Source: the human T2T-CHM13v2.0 reference genome, Homo sapiens. Taken from it: DNA of 64,000 nt. The notes under the pieces were generated by a model, which was given only the letters and a program-made list of their open reading frames with translations, did not search any database and was not told the DNA's origin. Location: assembly GCF_009914755.1 (NCBI RefSeq), contig NC_060940.1; one strand, 5' to 3'. The first letter of the stretch is position 1. Every line of letters starts with the position of its first letter. The position numbers and the translations under genes were made by a program. Below, one piece after another: positions 1 through 15,200 of the stretch.

Positions 1-3000
1 GATTCCATTCAGTTCCATTCGATGATTCCCTTAGATTCCATTCGATGATTCCACTTGATTCCATTTACGATGATTCCATTCTATTCCATGTGATGATTCC
101 CTTCAATTCTATTCAATGGTGTCTCCATTTGATTCCATTCGACCATGATTGCCTTTGATTCCATTCAATGACTCCATTCGGTTCCTTTTGATGATGATTC
201 CGTTCGATTCCATTTGATGATTCCATTTGATTCCATTGGATGAGTCCATTCGATTACATTCGATGATTATTCCATTCGAGTGCATTAGATGATTCCATTC
301 GAGTCCATTCGATGATTCCATTCGATTCCATTCGATGTTGATTCTGTTCAAATCCATTCGATGATTCCACTCGATTCCATTCGTTGACTCCATTTGATCC
401 CATTCGATGATTTCCTTTGATTCCCTTTGATGATCATTCCATTTGATTCAATTCGGTGATTTCATTTGATTCCATTCAGTGATGTTTCCATTCGACTCCA
501 TTCGATGATGATTCCATTCGACTCCATTCGATTATGATTTCATTCAATTCCATTCGATAATGATTCCCTTCGAGTCCATTCGATGATTCCATTCGATTCC
601 ATTCAACGATGATTTGATTCGTGTCCATTCGATGATTCCATTTGATTCCACTTGATGATGATTCCATTCGAGTCCATTTGATGATTCCATTCAATTCCAT
701 ACTCCGATGATTTCTTTTGAGCCCACTCAATGCTTCCACTCGATTCCATATGATGATGACTCCATTCGATGAAATTCGATGATGATTCCATTCGCTTGCT
801 TTCGATGATGATTCCACTTGAGTCCGTTAGAAGATTCTATTCAATTACATTCCATGACGATTCCGTTCGAGTCCATTTGATGATTCCATTAGACTCCATT
901 CGACGATGATTCCATTCGATGTTATTCGATGATTCCATTCGATCTCATTCGATGATGATTCCATTCAACTCCATTCGATGTTTCCATTCGAGTTCATTCT
1001 ATTATTCCATTAGATTCCATTCGATGATGATTCCATTCGATTCCATTTGATGATTGCATTCTATTTCATTTGATGATGATTCCATTCGAGTCCACTCGAT
1101 GATTCCATTCGAGTCCATTTAATGAATCCATTGGTTTCAATTCTATGATGATTACATTGGATTCCATTCGTTGATGATTTCATTCGGTTCCATTCAATGA
1201 TGATTCCATTCAATTCCTTTCAATGTTTCCATTCAATTCCATACGATGATGATTCCATTTGATTTGATTCGACAGTGAGCCATTCGATTCAATTCCATGA
1301 TGATTCTATTTGATTCAATTGGTTGACATTTCCATTCGATTCCATTCGATGATGATTCCCTTTGATTCCGTTCAAAGATGATTCCATTCTAGCCCATTCA
1401 ATCATTCCATTCGATTCTATTCAATGATGATTCCATTCATGTCGATTTGGTGATTCCATTTGACTTCATTTGATGATGATTCCTTTCAAGTTCATTAGAT
1501 GATTCCATTCGATTCCATTTGATGATGATCCCATTCGAGTCCATTCAGTGATTCCATTCGTTTCCATTCCATGATGATTCCATTCCTTTCCATTCAATGA
1601 TTCCATTCGATTCCGTTTGATGATGATTTCATTCGAGTCCATTTGATGATTCCATTTGATTCCATTCGATGATGATTCCATTCGAGTCCATTCGATGATT
1701 CTATTCGAATCCATTTGATGATTTCTTTTGATTATATTTGGTGATGATTCCATTGGATTCCATTCAATGATTCCATTCTATTCCCATCGATGATGATTCC
1801 ATTAGAGTCCATTTAATGATTCCATTTGATTCCAGTCTCTGATGATTACATTCGAGTCCATACGATGATTCCACTCAATTCCATATGATGATGATTCCAT
1901 TTGATTCCATTCGGTGATTCCATTCTATTCTATTCAATGGTGATTCCATTCGAGTACATTAGATGATTCCATTCGATTCCATTCAATGATGATTCTATTT
2001 GTGTCCCTTAGATGATTCCACATGATTCTATTAGATGATGATACTATTTGAGCCCATCCAATGATTCCCTTCGATTCCATTCGATGAGGATTCCATTCGA
2101 TTCAATTCATTGGTGATTCTATTCAATTCAATTCTTTGATTCCATTCCATTCCATTCGACAATGATTCCATTCGATTTCTTTCGATGATTCCACTCGATT
2201 CCACTTGACATTGATTCCATTCGATTCCATTCAATGATTCCATTTGATTCCAGTGGATGATGATTGCCATCGATTCCATTCGATCACTCCATTCTATTCC
2301 ATTTGATGATGATTACATTCGATTCCATTTGATGATTCCATCTGATTCTATTCGAGGATTCCATTTGATTCCATTCGATGATGATTCCATTCGAGTCCAT
2401 TCGATGATTTCATTCGAGTACATCCAATGATTCCATTCGAGTCCATTAGATGATTCCATTTGATTCCATTTGGAAATGATTCTACTAGAGTCCATTCAAT
2501 GACTCCATTCGAGTCCATTCAACAATTCCATTCGACTCCATTCGATGATTCCATTCGATTCCATTTGATGGTTCCATTCGAGTCCATTTAATCATTACAG
2601 TCGAGTCCATTTGGTGATTCCACTGGATTTCTTTTGATAATGATACCATTCAATTACATTTGATGATGATCCCATTCAATTTCATTTGATGATGATTCCA
2701 TTAGAGTCCATTCGATGATTTCATTCGAGTCCCTTCATTGATTCCATCCGATTTCATTGGATGATGACTCCATTCGAGTCCATTCGATGATTCCACTCGA
2801 TTCCATTAGATGACTCCATTGGAGTCCATTTGATTGTTCCATTCGATTCCATTCGATTCCTTTCGAAGATTATTCCATTTGAGTCCATTCGATGATGATT
2901 CCATTCCATTCCATTCGATGATTCCGTTTGATTCCATTCGATGATTCCCTTCGATTCCTTTCTTTGATGATTCCATTCCATTCCATTCAATGATTCCATT

Positions 3001-3770
3001 CGAATCTATTCCATGATGATTCCTTTCGATTCCATTCGCTGATGTTTCCGTTCAATTCCATTCGATGATGATTCCATTCGATTCCATTCATTGAGGATTC
3101 CATTTGATTCCATTCAATGATGATTCCATTCTATTCCATTCAATGATTGCATTCAATTCCATTCAATGATTATCCCATTAGAGTAAACTCAACGATTCCA
3201 TTCAATACCATTCGATGATGATTCCTTTTGAGTCCATTCAATGATTTCATTCAAGTCCATTTGATGATTCCTTTCAATTCCATTCTATGATGATTCCATT
3301 CGAGTCCATTCGATGATTCCATTCGATTGCATTCGATGATTCCATTATATTCCATTCAACGGTGATTCCATTCGAGTCCATTCCATGATTCCATTAGAGT
3401 ACATTTAATGATTGCTTTGTTTTCAATTCGAAGATGATTACATTGGATTCCATTCTATGATACCATTCGATTCCATTCAATGATGATTCCACTCAAATCC
3501 ATTGGATGATTCCATTCGTGTCCATTCGGTGATTTCATTAGATTCCATTCGAGGATGATTCCATTCGATTCCATTCGATGATTCCATTCAATTCCATTCG
3601 ATGATGATTCCATTCCAGTCCATATGATCATTCCATTTGATTTCATTCGATGATGATTCCATTCGATTCCATTCGACGATTCCATTCTATTCCATTCGAT
3701 GATGATTCTATTCGAGTCCATTCGATCATTCCATTCGAGTCCATTTAATGATTCCATTGGGTTCAATTCA

Positions 3771-4551
3771 ATGATGATTACATTGGATTCCGTTCTATGA
3801 TTCCATTCAATTCCGTTCATTGACAATTTGGTTCCATTCGATGATGATTCCATTTGAGTTCATTCGATGATTCTATTCGATTCTCTTCGATGGTGATTCA
3901 ATTCTATTATATTGGATGATTCCATTCGATTCCATTTGATGTTGATTCAATTCGATTCTATTCGATGATGATTCCATTGGATTTCACTTGATGATTCTAT
4001 TCGATTCCATTCAATGATGATTCACTTCTCGTCCATTGGATGATTCCATTTCATTCCATTCGATGATGATTCCATTCGATTCCATTCGATGATTCCATTT
4101 GATTCCATGCGACGGTGAGCTATTCGATTCAATTCCATGATTATTCTATTTGATTCAATTAGATGATGTTTCCATTCGAATCCATTCCATGATTATTCCA
4201 TTGGAATCCATTCGGCGATGATTCCATATGAGTCAATTCAATGATGATTCCATATGGGTCCGTTCGATGATAATTCCATTTGATTTCATTCGATGCTTCT
4301 ATTCTATTCCAGTCGATGATGATTCCGTTGGAGTCCATACGATGATTCCATTTGATTTCATTTGATGATGATTCCATTCGATGATGATTACATTGGATTC
4401 CATTCTATGATTCCATTCAATTCCATTCGTTGATGATTCGATTCCATTCAATGATGATTCCATTTGAGTTCATTCGATGATTCTATTCGATTCCGTTCGA
4501 TGGTGATTCAATTCTATTATATTGGATGATTCCAGTCGATTCCATTTGATG
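3771..4551 (+). repeat. Internal ~171-bp direct repeat within the unit (3771-3941 and 4381-4551, offset 610), present in every unit
   Basis: Gap-free match from ATGATGATTACATTGGATTC to TCCATTTGATG. It shares non-consensus words (GAGTTCATT, TGGTGATTCAATTCTATTATATTGG). I count 11 mismatches in 171 bp in U1. Confidence 0.85.
4151..4161 (-). promoter_or_regulatory. Candidate DUX4-type double-homeodomain motif TAATTGAATCA (one per unit)
   Basis: The + strand reads TGATTCAATTA. Its reverse complement fits the degenerate DUX4 consensus TAAYBBAATCA as I recall it. Motif match only; there is no binding evidence here. Confidence 0.35.
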
Positions 4552-6112
4552 ATTATTCCATTGGAGTCCACTTAGTGAATCCTTTAGATTCTACTCGACG
4601 ATGATTCCATTCGAGTCCATTCGATGATACCATTCAATTCCATTCGTTGATGCTTCCATTCAAGTGCATTCGATGATATCAGTCGATTCCATTTGATGAT
4701 AATTCCATTTGATTCCATGCGATGATTCTATTCGATTCCATTCAATGATAATTCCATTCAATTCAGTGATTCCTCTGGACTCCATTTGATGATGATTCCA
4801 TTCAATGATTCCATTCGATTCTATTCGAAAATGATTCCATTTGAATCCATTTGATGATGATTCCATTAGATTCCATTTGATGATTCCATTCGATTCCATT
4901 CGACGATGATTCCATTCGATTCCGTTTGATGATTCCATTCTATTCTATTCGATGATAATTCCATTCGATTCCATTCGATGATGATTGGATTCGATTCCAT
5001 TTGATGATTTCATTTGATTCCATTCGTTAATGATTTCGATCAATTCCATTCGATGATTCCATTCGATTCCATTCGATAATGATTACATCCGAGTCCATTC
5101 GATGATTCCATTGGAGCCTGTTCGATAATTCCATTTGAGTCCAACCAATGATTCCATTCATTTCCATTCAATGATTCCATTCGAGTCCATTTGATCATTC
5201 CGGTAGGGTCCATTCGATGTTGATTCCATTGGAGTGCATTCGATGATTCCATTCGAGTCCATTTTAGGATTTGATTCGAGTCCTTTCTATGATTCCATTC
5301 GATTCCACTCGATGATGATTTCATTCGAGTCCATTCGACACTTCCAATCGATTCCATTTGATGATTCCATTCGAGTCCAATTGATGATTCCATTCAATTC
5401 CATTCGATGATGATTCCGTACGATTCCATTCTGTGATGATTCCATGTGATTGCATTCAATGATGATTCCTTTCGATTGCATTCGATTATGATTCATTTCG
5501 TGTTCATTCTATGGTTCCACAGGTTTCCATTCGTGTCCATTCCATTATTCCATTCTATTCCATTTGATGATGATTCCATTCGATTCCATTCATTGGTGAT
5601 TCCACTCAATTCCATTCAATGATTCCATTCCATTTCTTTCAACAAGGATTCCATTAGTTTCTAATCGATGATCCACTTGATTCCATTTGACGACGATTCC
5701 ATTCTTGTCCATTCGATGATTCCATTTGATTCCATATGATGATGATTCCATTCGATTCCATACCATGATGATTCCATTCGAGTCCATTCAATGGTGATTC
5801 CATTCAATTCCATTCGATGATTCCTTTCGATTCCATTCGATGATGATGGCATTCGATTCCTTTCAATCATTCCCTTTGATTCCATTCAAAGGTGATTTCA
5901 TTCAAGTCCATTCGATAATTGCATTCGATTCCATTCTATGATGATTCCATTCGAGTCCATTTGATGATTCCATTCAATTCAAGTCAATGATGATTCCATT
6001 CGATTCCATTCAATGATTCCATTGGATTCCATTCGATGATGATTCCATTCAAATCCATTCGATAATTCAATTCAAGTCCATTCGATGATGATTAAAATCG
6101 AATCCATTCAAA

Positions 6113-9100
6113 GATTCCATTCAGTTCCATTCGATGATTCCCTTAGATTCCATTCGATGATTCCACTTGATTCCATTTACGATGATTCCATTCTATTCCA
6201 TGTGATGATTCCCTTCAATTCTATTCAATGGTGTCTCCATTTGATTCCATTCGACCATGATTGCCTTTGATTCCATTCAATGACTCCATTCGGTTCCTTT
6301 TGATGATGATTCCGTTCGATTCCATTTGATGATTCCATTTGATTCCATTGGATGAGTCCATTCGATTACATTCGATGATTATTCCATTCGAGTGCATTAG
6401 ATGATTCCATTCGAGTCCATTCGATGATTCCATTCGATTCCATTCGATGTTGATTCTGTTCAAATCCATTCGATGATTCCACTCGATTCCATTCGTTGAC
6501 TCCATTTGATCCCATTCGATGATTTCCTTTGATTCCCTTTGATGATCATTCCATTTGATTCAATTCGGTGATTTCATTTGATTCCATTCAGTGATGTTTC
6601 CATTCGACTCCATTCGATGATGATTCCATTCGACTCCATTCGATTATGATTTCATTCAATTCCATTCGATAATGATTCCCTTCGAGTCCATTCGATGATT
6701 CCATTCGATTCCATTCAACGATGATTTGATTCGTGTCCATTCGATGATTCCATTTGATTCCACTTGATGATGATTCCATTCGAGTCCATTTGATGATTCC
6801 ATTCAATTCCATACTCCGATGATTTCTTTTGAGCCCACTCAATGCTTCCACTCGATTCCATATGATGATGACTCCATTCGATGAAATTCGATGATGATTC
6901 CATTCGCTTGCTTTCGATGATGATTCCACTTGAGTCCGTTAGAAGATTCTATTCAATTACATTCCATGACGATTCCGTTCGAGTCCATTTGATGATTCCA
7001 TTAGACTCCATTCGACGATGATTCCATTCGATGTTATTCGATGATTCCATTCGATCTCATTCGATGATGATTCCATTCAACTCCATTCGATGTTTCCATT
7101 CGAGTTCATTCTATTATTCCATTAGATTCCATTCGATGATGATTCCATTCGATTCCATTTGATGATTGCATTCTATTTCATTTGATGATGATTCCATTCG
7201 AGTCCACTCGATGATTCCATTCGAGTCCATTTAATGAATCCATTGGTTTCAATTCTATGATGATTACATTGGATTCCATTCGTTGATGATTTCATTCGGT
7301 TCCATTCAATGATGATTCCATTCAATTCCTTTCAATGTTTCCATTCAATTCCATACGATGATGATTCCATTTGATTTGATTCGACAGTGAGCCATTCGAT
7401 TCAATTGCATGATGATTCTATTTGATTCAATTGGTTGACATTTCCATTCGATTCCATTCGATGATGATTCCCTTTGATTCCGTTCAAAGATGATTCCATT
7501 CTAGCCCATTCAATCATTCCATTCGATTCTATTCAATGATGATTCCATTCATGTCTATTTGGTGATTCCATTTGACTTCATTTGATGATGATTCCTTTCA
7601 AGTTCATTAGATGATTCCATTCGATTCCATTTGATGATGATCCCATTCGAGTCCATTCAGTGATTCCATTCGTTTCCATTCCATGATGATTCCATTCCTT
7701 TCCATTCAATGATTCCATTCGATTCCGTTTGATGATGATTTCATTCGAGTCCATTTGATGATTCCATTTGATTCCATTCGATGATGATTCCATTCGAGTC
7801 CATTCGATGATTCTATTCGAATCCATTTGATGATTTCTTTTGATTATATTTGGTGATGATTCCATTGGATTCCATTCAATGATTCCATTCTATTCCCATC
7901 GATGATGATTCCATTAGAGTCCATTTAATGATTCCATTTGATTCCAGTCTCTGATGATTACATTCGAGTCCATACGATGATTCCACTCAATTCCATATGA
8001 TGATGATTCCATTTGATTCCATTCGGTGATTCCATTCTATTCTATTCAATGGTGATTCCATTCGAGTACATTAGATGATTCCATTCGATTCCATTCAATG
8101 ATGATTCTATCTGTGTCCCTTAGATGATTCCACATGATTCTATTAGATGATGATACTATTTGAGCCCATCCAATGATTCCCTTCGATTCCATTCGATGAG
8201 GATTCCATTCGATTCAATTCATTGGTGATTCTATTCAATTCAATTCTTTGATTCCATTCCATTCCATTCGACAATGATTCCATTCGATTTCTTTCGATGA
8301 TTCCACTCGATTCCACTTGACATTGATTCCATTCGATTCCATTCAATGATTCCATTTGATTCCAGTGGATGATGATTGCCATCGATTCCATTCGATCACT
8401 CCATTCTATTCCATTTGATGATGATTACATTCGATTCCATTTGATGATTCCATCTGATTCTATTCGAGGATTCCATTTGATTCCATTCGATGATGATTCC
8501 ATTCGAGTCCATTCGATGATTTCATTCGAGTACATCCAATGATTCCATTCGAGTCCATTAGATGATTCCATTTGATTCCATTTGGAAATGATTCTACTAG
8601 AGTCCATTCAATGACTCCATTCGAGTCCATTCAACAATTCCATTCGACTCCATTCGATGATTCCATTCGATTCCATTTGATGGTTCCATTCGAGTCCATT
8701 TAATCATTACAGTCGAGTCCATTTGGTGATTCCACTGGATTTCTTTTGATAATGATACCATTCAATTACATTTGATGATGATCCCATTCAATTTCATTTG
8801 ATGATGATTCCATTAGAGTCCATTCGATGATTTCATTCGAGTCCCTTCATTGATTCCATCCGATTTCATTGGATGATGACTCCATTCGAGTCCATTCGAT
8901 GATTCCACTCGATTCCATTAGATGACTCCATTGGAGTCCATTTGATTGTTCCATTCGATTCCATTCGATTCCTTTCGAAGATTATTCCATTTGAGTCCAT
9001 TCGATGATGATTCCATTCCATTCCATTCGATGATTCCGTTTGATTCCATTCGATGATTCCCTTCGATTCCTTTCTTTGATGATTCCATTCCATTCCATTC

Positions 9101-12100
9101 AATGATTCCATTCGAATCTATTCCATGATGATTCCTTTCGATTCCATTCGCTGATGTTTCCGTTCAATTCCATTCGATGATGATTCCATTCGATTCCATT
9201 CATTGAGGATTCCATTTGATTCCATTCAATGATGATTCCATTCTATTCCATTCAATGATTGCATTCAATTCCATTCAATGATTATCCCATTAGAGTAAAC
9301 TCAACGATTCCATTCAATACCATTCGATGATGATTCCTTTTGAGTCCATTCAATGATTTCATTCAAGTCCATTTGATGATTCCTTTCAATTCCATTCTAT
9401 GATGATTCCATTCGAGTCCATTCGATGATTCCATTCGATTGCATTCGATGATTCCATTATATTCCATTCAACGGTGATTCCATTCGAGTCCATTCCATGA
9501 TTCCATTAGAGTACATTTAATGATTGCTTTGTTTTCAATTCGAAGATGATTACATTGGATTCCATTCTATGATACCATTCGATTCCATTCAATGATGATT
9601 CCACTCAAATCCATTGGATGATTCCATTCGTGTCCATTCGGTGATTTCATTAGATTCCATTCGAGGATGATTCCATTCGATTCCATTCGATGATTCCATT
9701 CAATTCCATTCGATGATGATTCCATTCCAGTCCATATGATCATTCCATTTGATTTCATTCGATGATGATTCCATTCGATTCCATTCGACGATTCCATTCT
9801 ATTCCATTCGATGATGATTCTATTCGAGTCCATTCGATCATTCCATTCGAGTCCATTTAATGATTCCATTGGGTTCAATTCAATGATGATTACATTGGAT
9901 TCCGTTCTATGATTCCATTCAATTCCGTTCATTGACAATTTGGTTCCATTCGATGATGATTCCATTTGAGTTCATTCGATGATTCTATTCGATTCTCTTC
10001 GATGGTGATTCAATTCTATTATATTGGATGATTCCATTCGATTCCATTTGATGTTGATTCAATTCGATTCTATTCGATGATGATTCCATTGGATTTCACT
10101 TGATGATTCTATTCGATTCCATTCAATGATGATTCACTTCTCGTCCATTGGATGATTCCATTTCATTCCATTCGATGATGATTCCATTCGATTCCATTCG
10201 ATGATTCCATTTGATTCCATGCGACGGTGAGCTATTCGATTCAATTCCATGATTATTCTATTTGATTCAATTAGATGATGTTTCCATTCGAATCCATTCC
10301 ATGATTATTCCATTGGAATCCATTCGGCGATGATTCCATATGAGTCAATTCAATGATGATTCCATATGGGTCCGTTCGATGATAATTCCATTTGATTTCA
10401 TTCGATGCTTCTATTCTATTCCAGTCGATGATGATTCCGTTGGAGTCCATACGATGATTCCATTTGATTTCATTTGATGATGATTCCATTCGATGATGAT
10501 TACATTGGATTCCATTCTATGATTCCATTCAATTCCATTCGTTGATGATTCGATTCCATTCAATGATGATTCCATTTGAGTTCATTCGATGATTCTATTC
10601 GATTCCGTTCGATGGTGATTCAATTCTATTATATTGGATGATTCCAGTCGATTCCATTTGATGATTATTCCATTGGAGTCCACTTAGTGAATCCTTTAGA
10701 TTCTACTCGACGATGATTCCATTCGAGTCCATTCGATGATACCATTCAATTCCATTCGTTGATGCTTCCATTCAAGTGCATTCGATGATATCAGTCGATT
10801 CCATTTGATGATAATTCCATTTGATTCCATGCGATGATTCTATTCGATTCCATTCAATGATAATTCCATTCAATTCAGTGATTCCTCTGGACTCCATTTG
10901 ATGATGATTCCATTCAATGATTCCATTCGATTCTATTCGAAAATGATTCCATTTGAATCCATTTGATGATGATTCCATTAGATTCCATTTGATGATTCCA
11001 TTCGATTCCATTCGACGATGATTCCATTCGATTCCGTTTGATGATTCCATTCTATTCTATTCGATGATAATTCCATTCGATTCCATTCGATGATGATTGG
11101 ATTCGATTCCATTTGATGATTTCATTTGATTCCATTCGTTAATGATTTCGATCAATTCCATTCGATGATTCCATTCGATTCCATTCGATAATGATTACAT
11201 CCGAGTCCATTCGATGATTCCATTGGAGCCTGTTCGATAATTCCATTTGAGTCCAACCAATGATTCCATTCATTTCCATTCAATGATTCCATTCGAGTCC
11301 ATTTGATCATTCCGGTAGGGTCCATTCGATGTTGATTCCATTGGAGTGCATTCGATGATTCCATTCGAGTCCATTTTAGGATTTGATTCGAGTCCTTTCT
11401 ATGATTCCATTCGATTCCACTCGATGATGATTTCATTCGAGTCCATTCGACACTTCCAATCGATTCCATTTGATGATTCCATTCGAGTCCAATTGATGAT
11501 TCCATTCAATTCCATTCGATGATGATTCCGTACGATTCCATTCTGTGATGATTCCATGTGATTGCATTCAATGATGATTCCTTTCGATTGCATTCGATTA
11601 TGATTCATTTCGTGTTCATTCTATGGTTCCACAGGTTTCCATTCGTGTCCATTCCATTATTCCATTCTATTCCATTTGATGATGATTCCATTCGATTCCA
11701 TTCATTGGTGATTCCACTCAATTCCATTCAATGATTCCATTCCATTTCTTTCAACAAGGATTCCATTAGTTTCTAATCGATGATCCACTTGATTCCATTT
11801 GACGACGATTCCATTCTTGTCCATTCGATGATTCCATTTGATTCCATATGATGATGATTCCATTCGATTCCATACCATGATGATTCCATTCGAGTCCATT
11901 CAATGGTGATTCCATTCAATTCCATTCGATGATTCCTTTCGATTCCATTCGATGATGATGGCATTCGATTCCTTTCAATCATTCCCTTTGATTCCATTCA
12001 AAGGTGATTTCATTCAAGTCCATTCGATAATTGCATTCGATTCCATTCTATGATGATTCCATTCGAGTCCATTTGATGATTCCATTCAATTCAAGTCAAT

Positions 12101-12224
12101 GATGATTCCATTCGATTCCATTCAATGATTCCATTGGATTCCATTCGATGATGATTCCATTCAAATCCATTCGATAATTCAATTCAAGTCCATTCGATGA
12201 TGATTAAAATCGAATCCATTCAAA
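6113..12224 (+). repeat. Macro-repeat unit U2, full length 6,112 bp
   Basis: Anchor at 6221 and 12333. Nearly identical to U1 (about 3 substitutions seen by eye). Confidence 0.95.
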
Positions 12225-15200
12225 GATTCCATTCAGTTCCATTCGATGATTCCCTTAGATTCCATTCGATGATTCCACTTGATTCCATTTACGATGATTC
12301 CATTCTATTCCATGTGATGATTCCCTTCAATTCTATTCAATGGTGTCTCCATTTGATTCCATTCGACCATGATTGCCTTTGATTCCATTCAATGACTCCA
12401 TTCGGTTCCTTTTGATGATGATTCCGTTCGATTCCATTTGATGATTCCATTTGATTCCATTGGATGAGTCCATTCGATTACATTCGATGATTATTCCATT
12501 CGAGTGCATTAGATGATTCCATTCGAGTCCATTCGATGATTCCATTCGATTCCATTCGATGTTGATTCTGTTCAAATCCATTCGATGATTCCACTCGATT
12601 CCATTCGTTGACTCCATTTGATCCCATTCGATGATTTCCTTTGATTCCCTTTGATGATCATTCCATTTGATTCAATTCGGTGATTTCATTTGATTCCATT
12701 CAGTGATGTTTCCATTCGACTCCATTCGATGATGATTCCATTCGACTCCATTCGATTATGATTTCATTCAATTCCATTCGATAATGATTCCCTTCGAGTC
12801 CATTCGATGATTCCATTCGATTCCATTCAACGATGATTTGATTCGTGTCCATTCGATGATTCCATTTGATTCCACTTGATGATGATTCCATTCGAGTCCA
12901 TTTGATGATTCCATTCAATTCCATACTCCGATGATTTCTTTTGAGCCCACTCAATGCTTCCACTCGATTCCATATGATGATGACTCCATTCGATGAAATT
13001 CGATGATGATTCCATTCGCTTGCTTTCGATGATGATTCCACTTGAGTCCGTTAGAAGATTCTATTCAATTACATTCCATGACGATTCCGTTCGAGTCCAT
13101 TTGATGATTCCATTAGACTCCATTCGACGATGATTCCATTCGATGTTATTCGATGATTCCATTCGATCTCATTCGATGATGATTCCATTCAACTCCATTC
13201 GATGTTTCCATTCGAGTTCATTCTATTATTCCATTAGATTCCATTCGATGATGATTCCATTCGATTCCATTTGATGATTGCATTCTATTTCATTTGATGA
13301 TGATTCCATTCGAGTCCACTCGATGATTCCATTCGAGTCCATTTAATGAATCCATTGGTTTCAATTCTATGATGATTACATTGGATTCCATTCGTTGATG
13401 ATTTCATTCGGTTCCATTCAATGATGATTCCATTCAATTCCTTTCAATGTTTCCATTCAATTCCATACGATGATGATTCCATTTGATTTGATTCGACAGT
13501 GAGCCATTCGATTCAATTGCATGATGATTCTATTTGATTCAATTGGTTGACATTTCCATTCGATTCCATTCGATGATGATTCCCTTTGATTCCGTTCAAA
13601 GATGATTCCATTCTAGCCCATTCAATCATTCCATTCGATTCTATTCAATGATGATTCCATTCATGTCGATTTGGTGATTCCATTTGACTTCATTTGATGA
13701 TGATTCCTTTCAAGTTCATTAGATGATTCCATTCGATTCCATTTGATGATGATCCCATTCGAGTCCATTCAGTGATTCCATTCGTTTCCATTCCATGATG
13801 ATTCCATTCCTTTCCATTCAATGATTCCATTCGATTCCGTTTGATGATGATTTCATTCGAGTCCATTTGATGATTCCATTTGATTCCATTCGATGATGAT
13901 TCCATTCGAGTCCATTCGATGATTCTATTCGAATCCATTTGATGATTTCTTTTGATTATATTTGGTGATGATTCCATTGGATTCCATTCAATGATTCCAT
14001 TCTATTCCAATCGATGATGATTCCATTAGAGTCCATTTAATGATTCCATTTGATTCCAGTCTCTGATGATTACATTCGAGTCCATACGATGATTCCACTC
14101 AATTCCATATGATGATGATTCCATTTGATTCCATTCGGTGATTCCATTCTATTCTATTCAATGGTGATTCCATTCGAGTACATTAGATGATTCCATTCGA
14201 TTCCATTCAATGATGATTCTATTTGTGTCCCTTAGATGATTCCACATGATTCTATTAGATGATGATACTATTTGAGCCCATCCAATGATTCCCTTCGATT
14301 CCATTCGATGAGGATTCCATTCGATTCAATTCATTGGTGATTCTATTCAATTCAATTCTTTGATTCCATTCCATTCCATTCGACAATGATTCCATTCGAT
14401 TTCTTTCGATGATTCCACTCGATTCCACTTGACATTGATTCCATTCGATTCCATTCAATGATTCCATTTGATTCCAGTGGATGATGATTGCCATCGATTC
14501 CATTCGATCACTCCATTCTATTCCATTTGATGATGATTACATTCGATTCCATTTGATGATTCCATCTGATTCTATTCGAGGATTCCATTTGATTCCATTC
14601 GATGATGATTCCATTCGAGTCCATTCGATGATTTCATTCGAGTACATCCAATGATTCCATTCGAGTCCATTAGATGATTCCATTTGATTCCATTTGAAAA
14701 TGATTCTACTAGAGTCCATTCAATGACTCCATTCGAGTCCGTTCAACAATTCCATTCGACTCCATTCGATGATTCCATTCGATTCCATTTGATGGTTCCA
14801 TTCGAGTCCATTTAATCATTACAGTCGAGTCCATTTGGTGATTCCACTGGATTTCTTTTGATAATGATACCATTCAATTACATTTGATGATGATCCCATT
14901 CAATTTCATTTGATGATGATTCCATTAGAGTCCATTCGATGATTTCATTCGAGTCCCTTCATTGATTCCATCCGATTTCATTGGATGATGACTCCATTCG
15001 AGTCCATTCGATGATTCCACTCGATTCCATTAGATGACTCCATTGGAGTCCATTTGATTGTTCCATTCGATTCCATTCGATTCCTTTCGAAGATTATTCC
15101 ATTTGAGTCCATTCGATGATGATTCCATTCCATTCCATTCGATGATTCCGTTTGATTCCATTCGATGATTCCCTTCGATTCCTTTCTTTGATGATTCCAT

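Larger units (their letters stand above)
1..6112 (+). repeat. Macro-repeat unit U1, full length 6,112 bp (phase arbitrary, set at window start)
   Basis: The ORF-track anchor MESTNG... lies at 109 and recurs at 6221 (+6112). Landmarks such as GATATC (4675) and CGTACG (5417) recur at the same offset. Confidence 0.95.

Noticed and set aside
5190-5540. Locally atypical words (CCGGTAGGGTCC, CCGTACG, GGTTCCACAGGTTTCC) as foreign sequence
   Set aside because: They remain in monomer phase and are explained by substitutions in the satellite consensus.
6085-6270. Plus-strand 61-aa ORF (and the 67-aa ORF at 54450/60562)
   Set aside because: Present only in units where a variant removes a stop codon. 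Useful as a haplotype marker, not evidence of coding.
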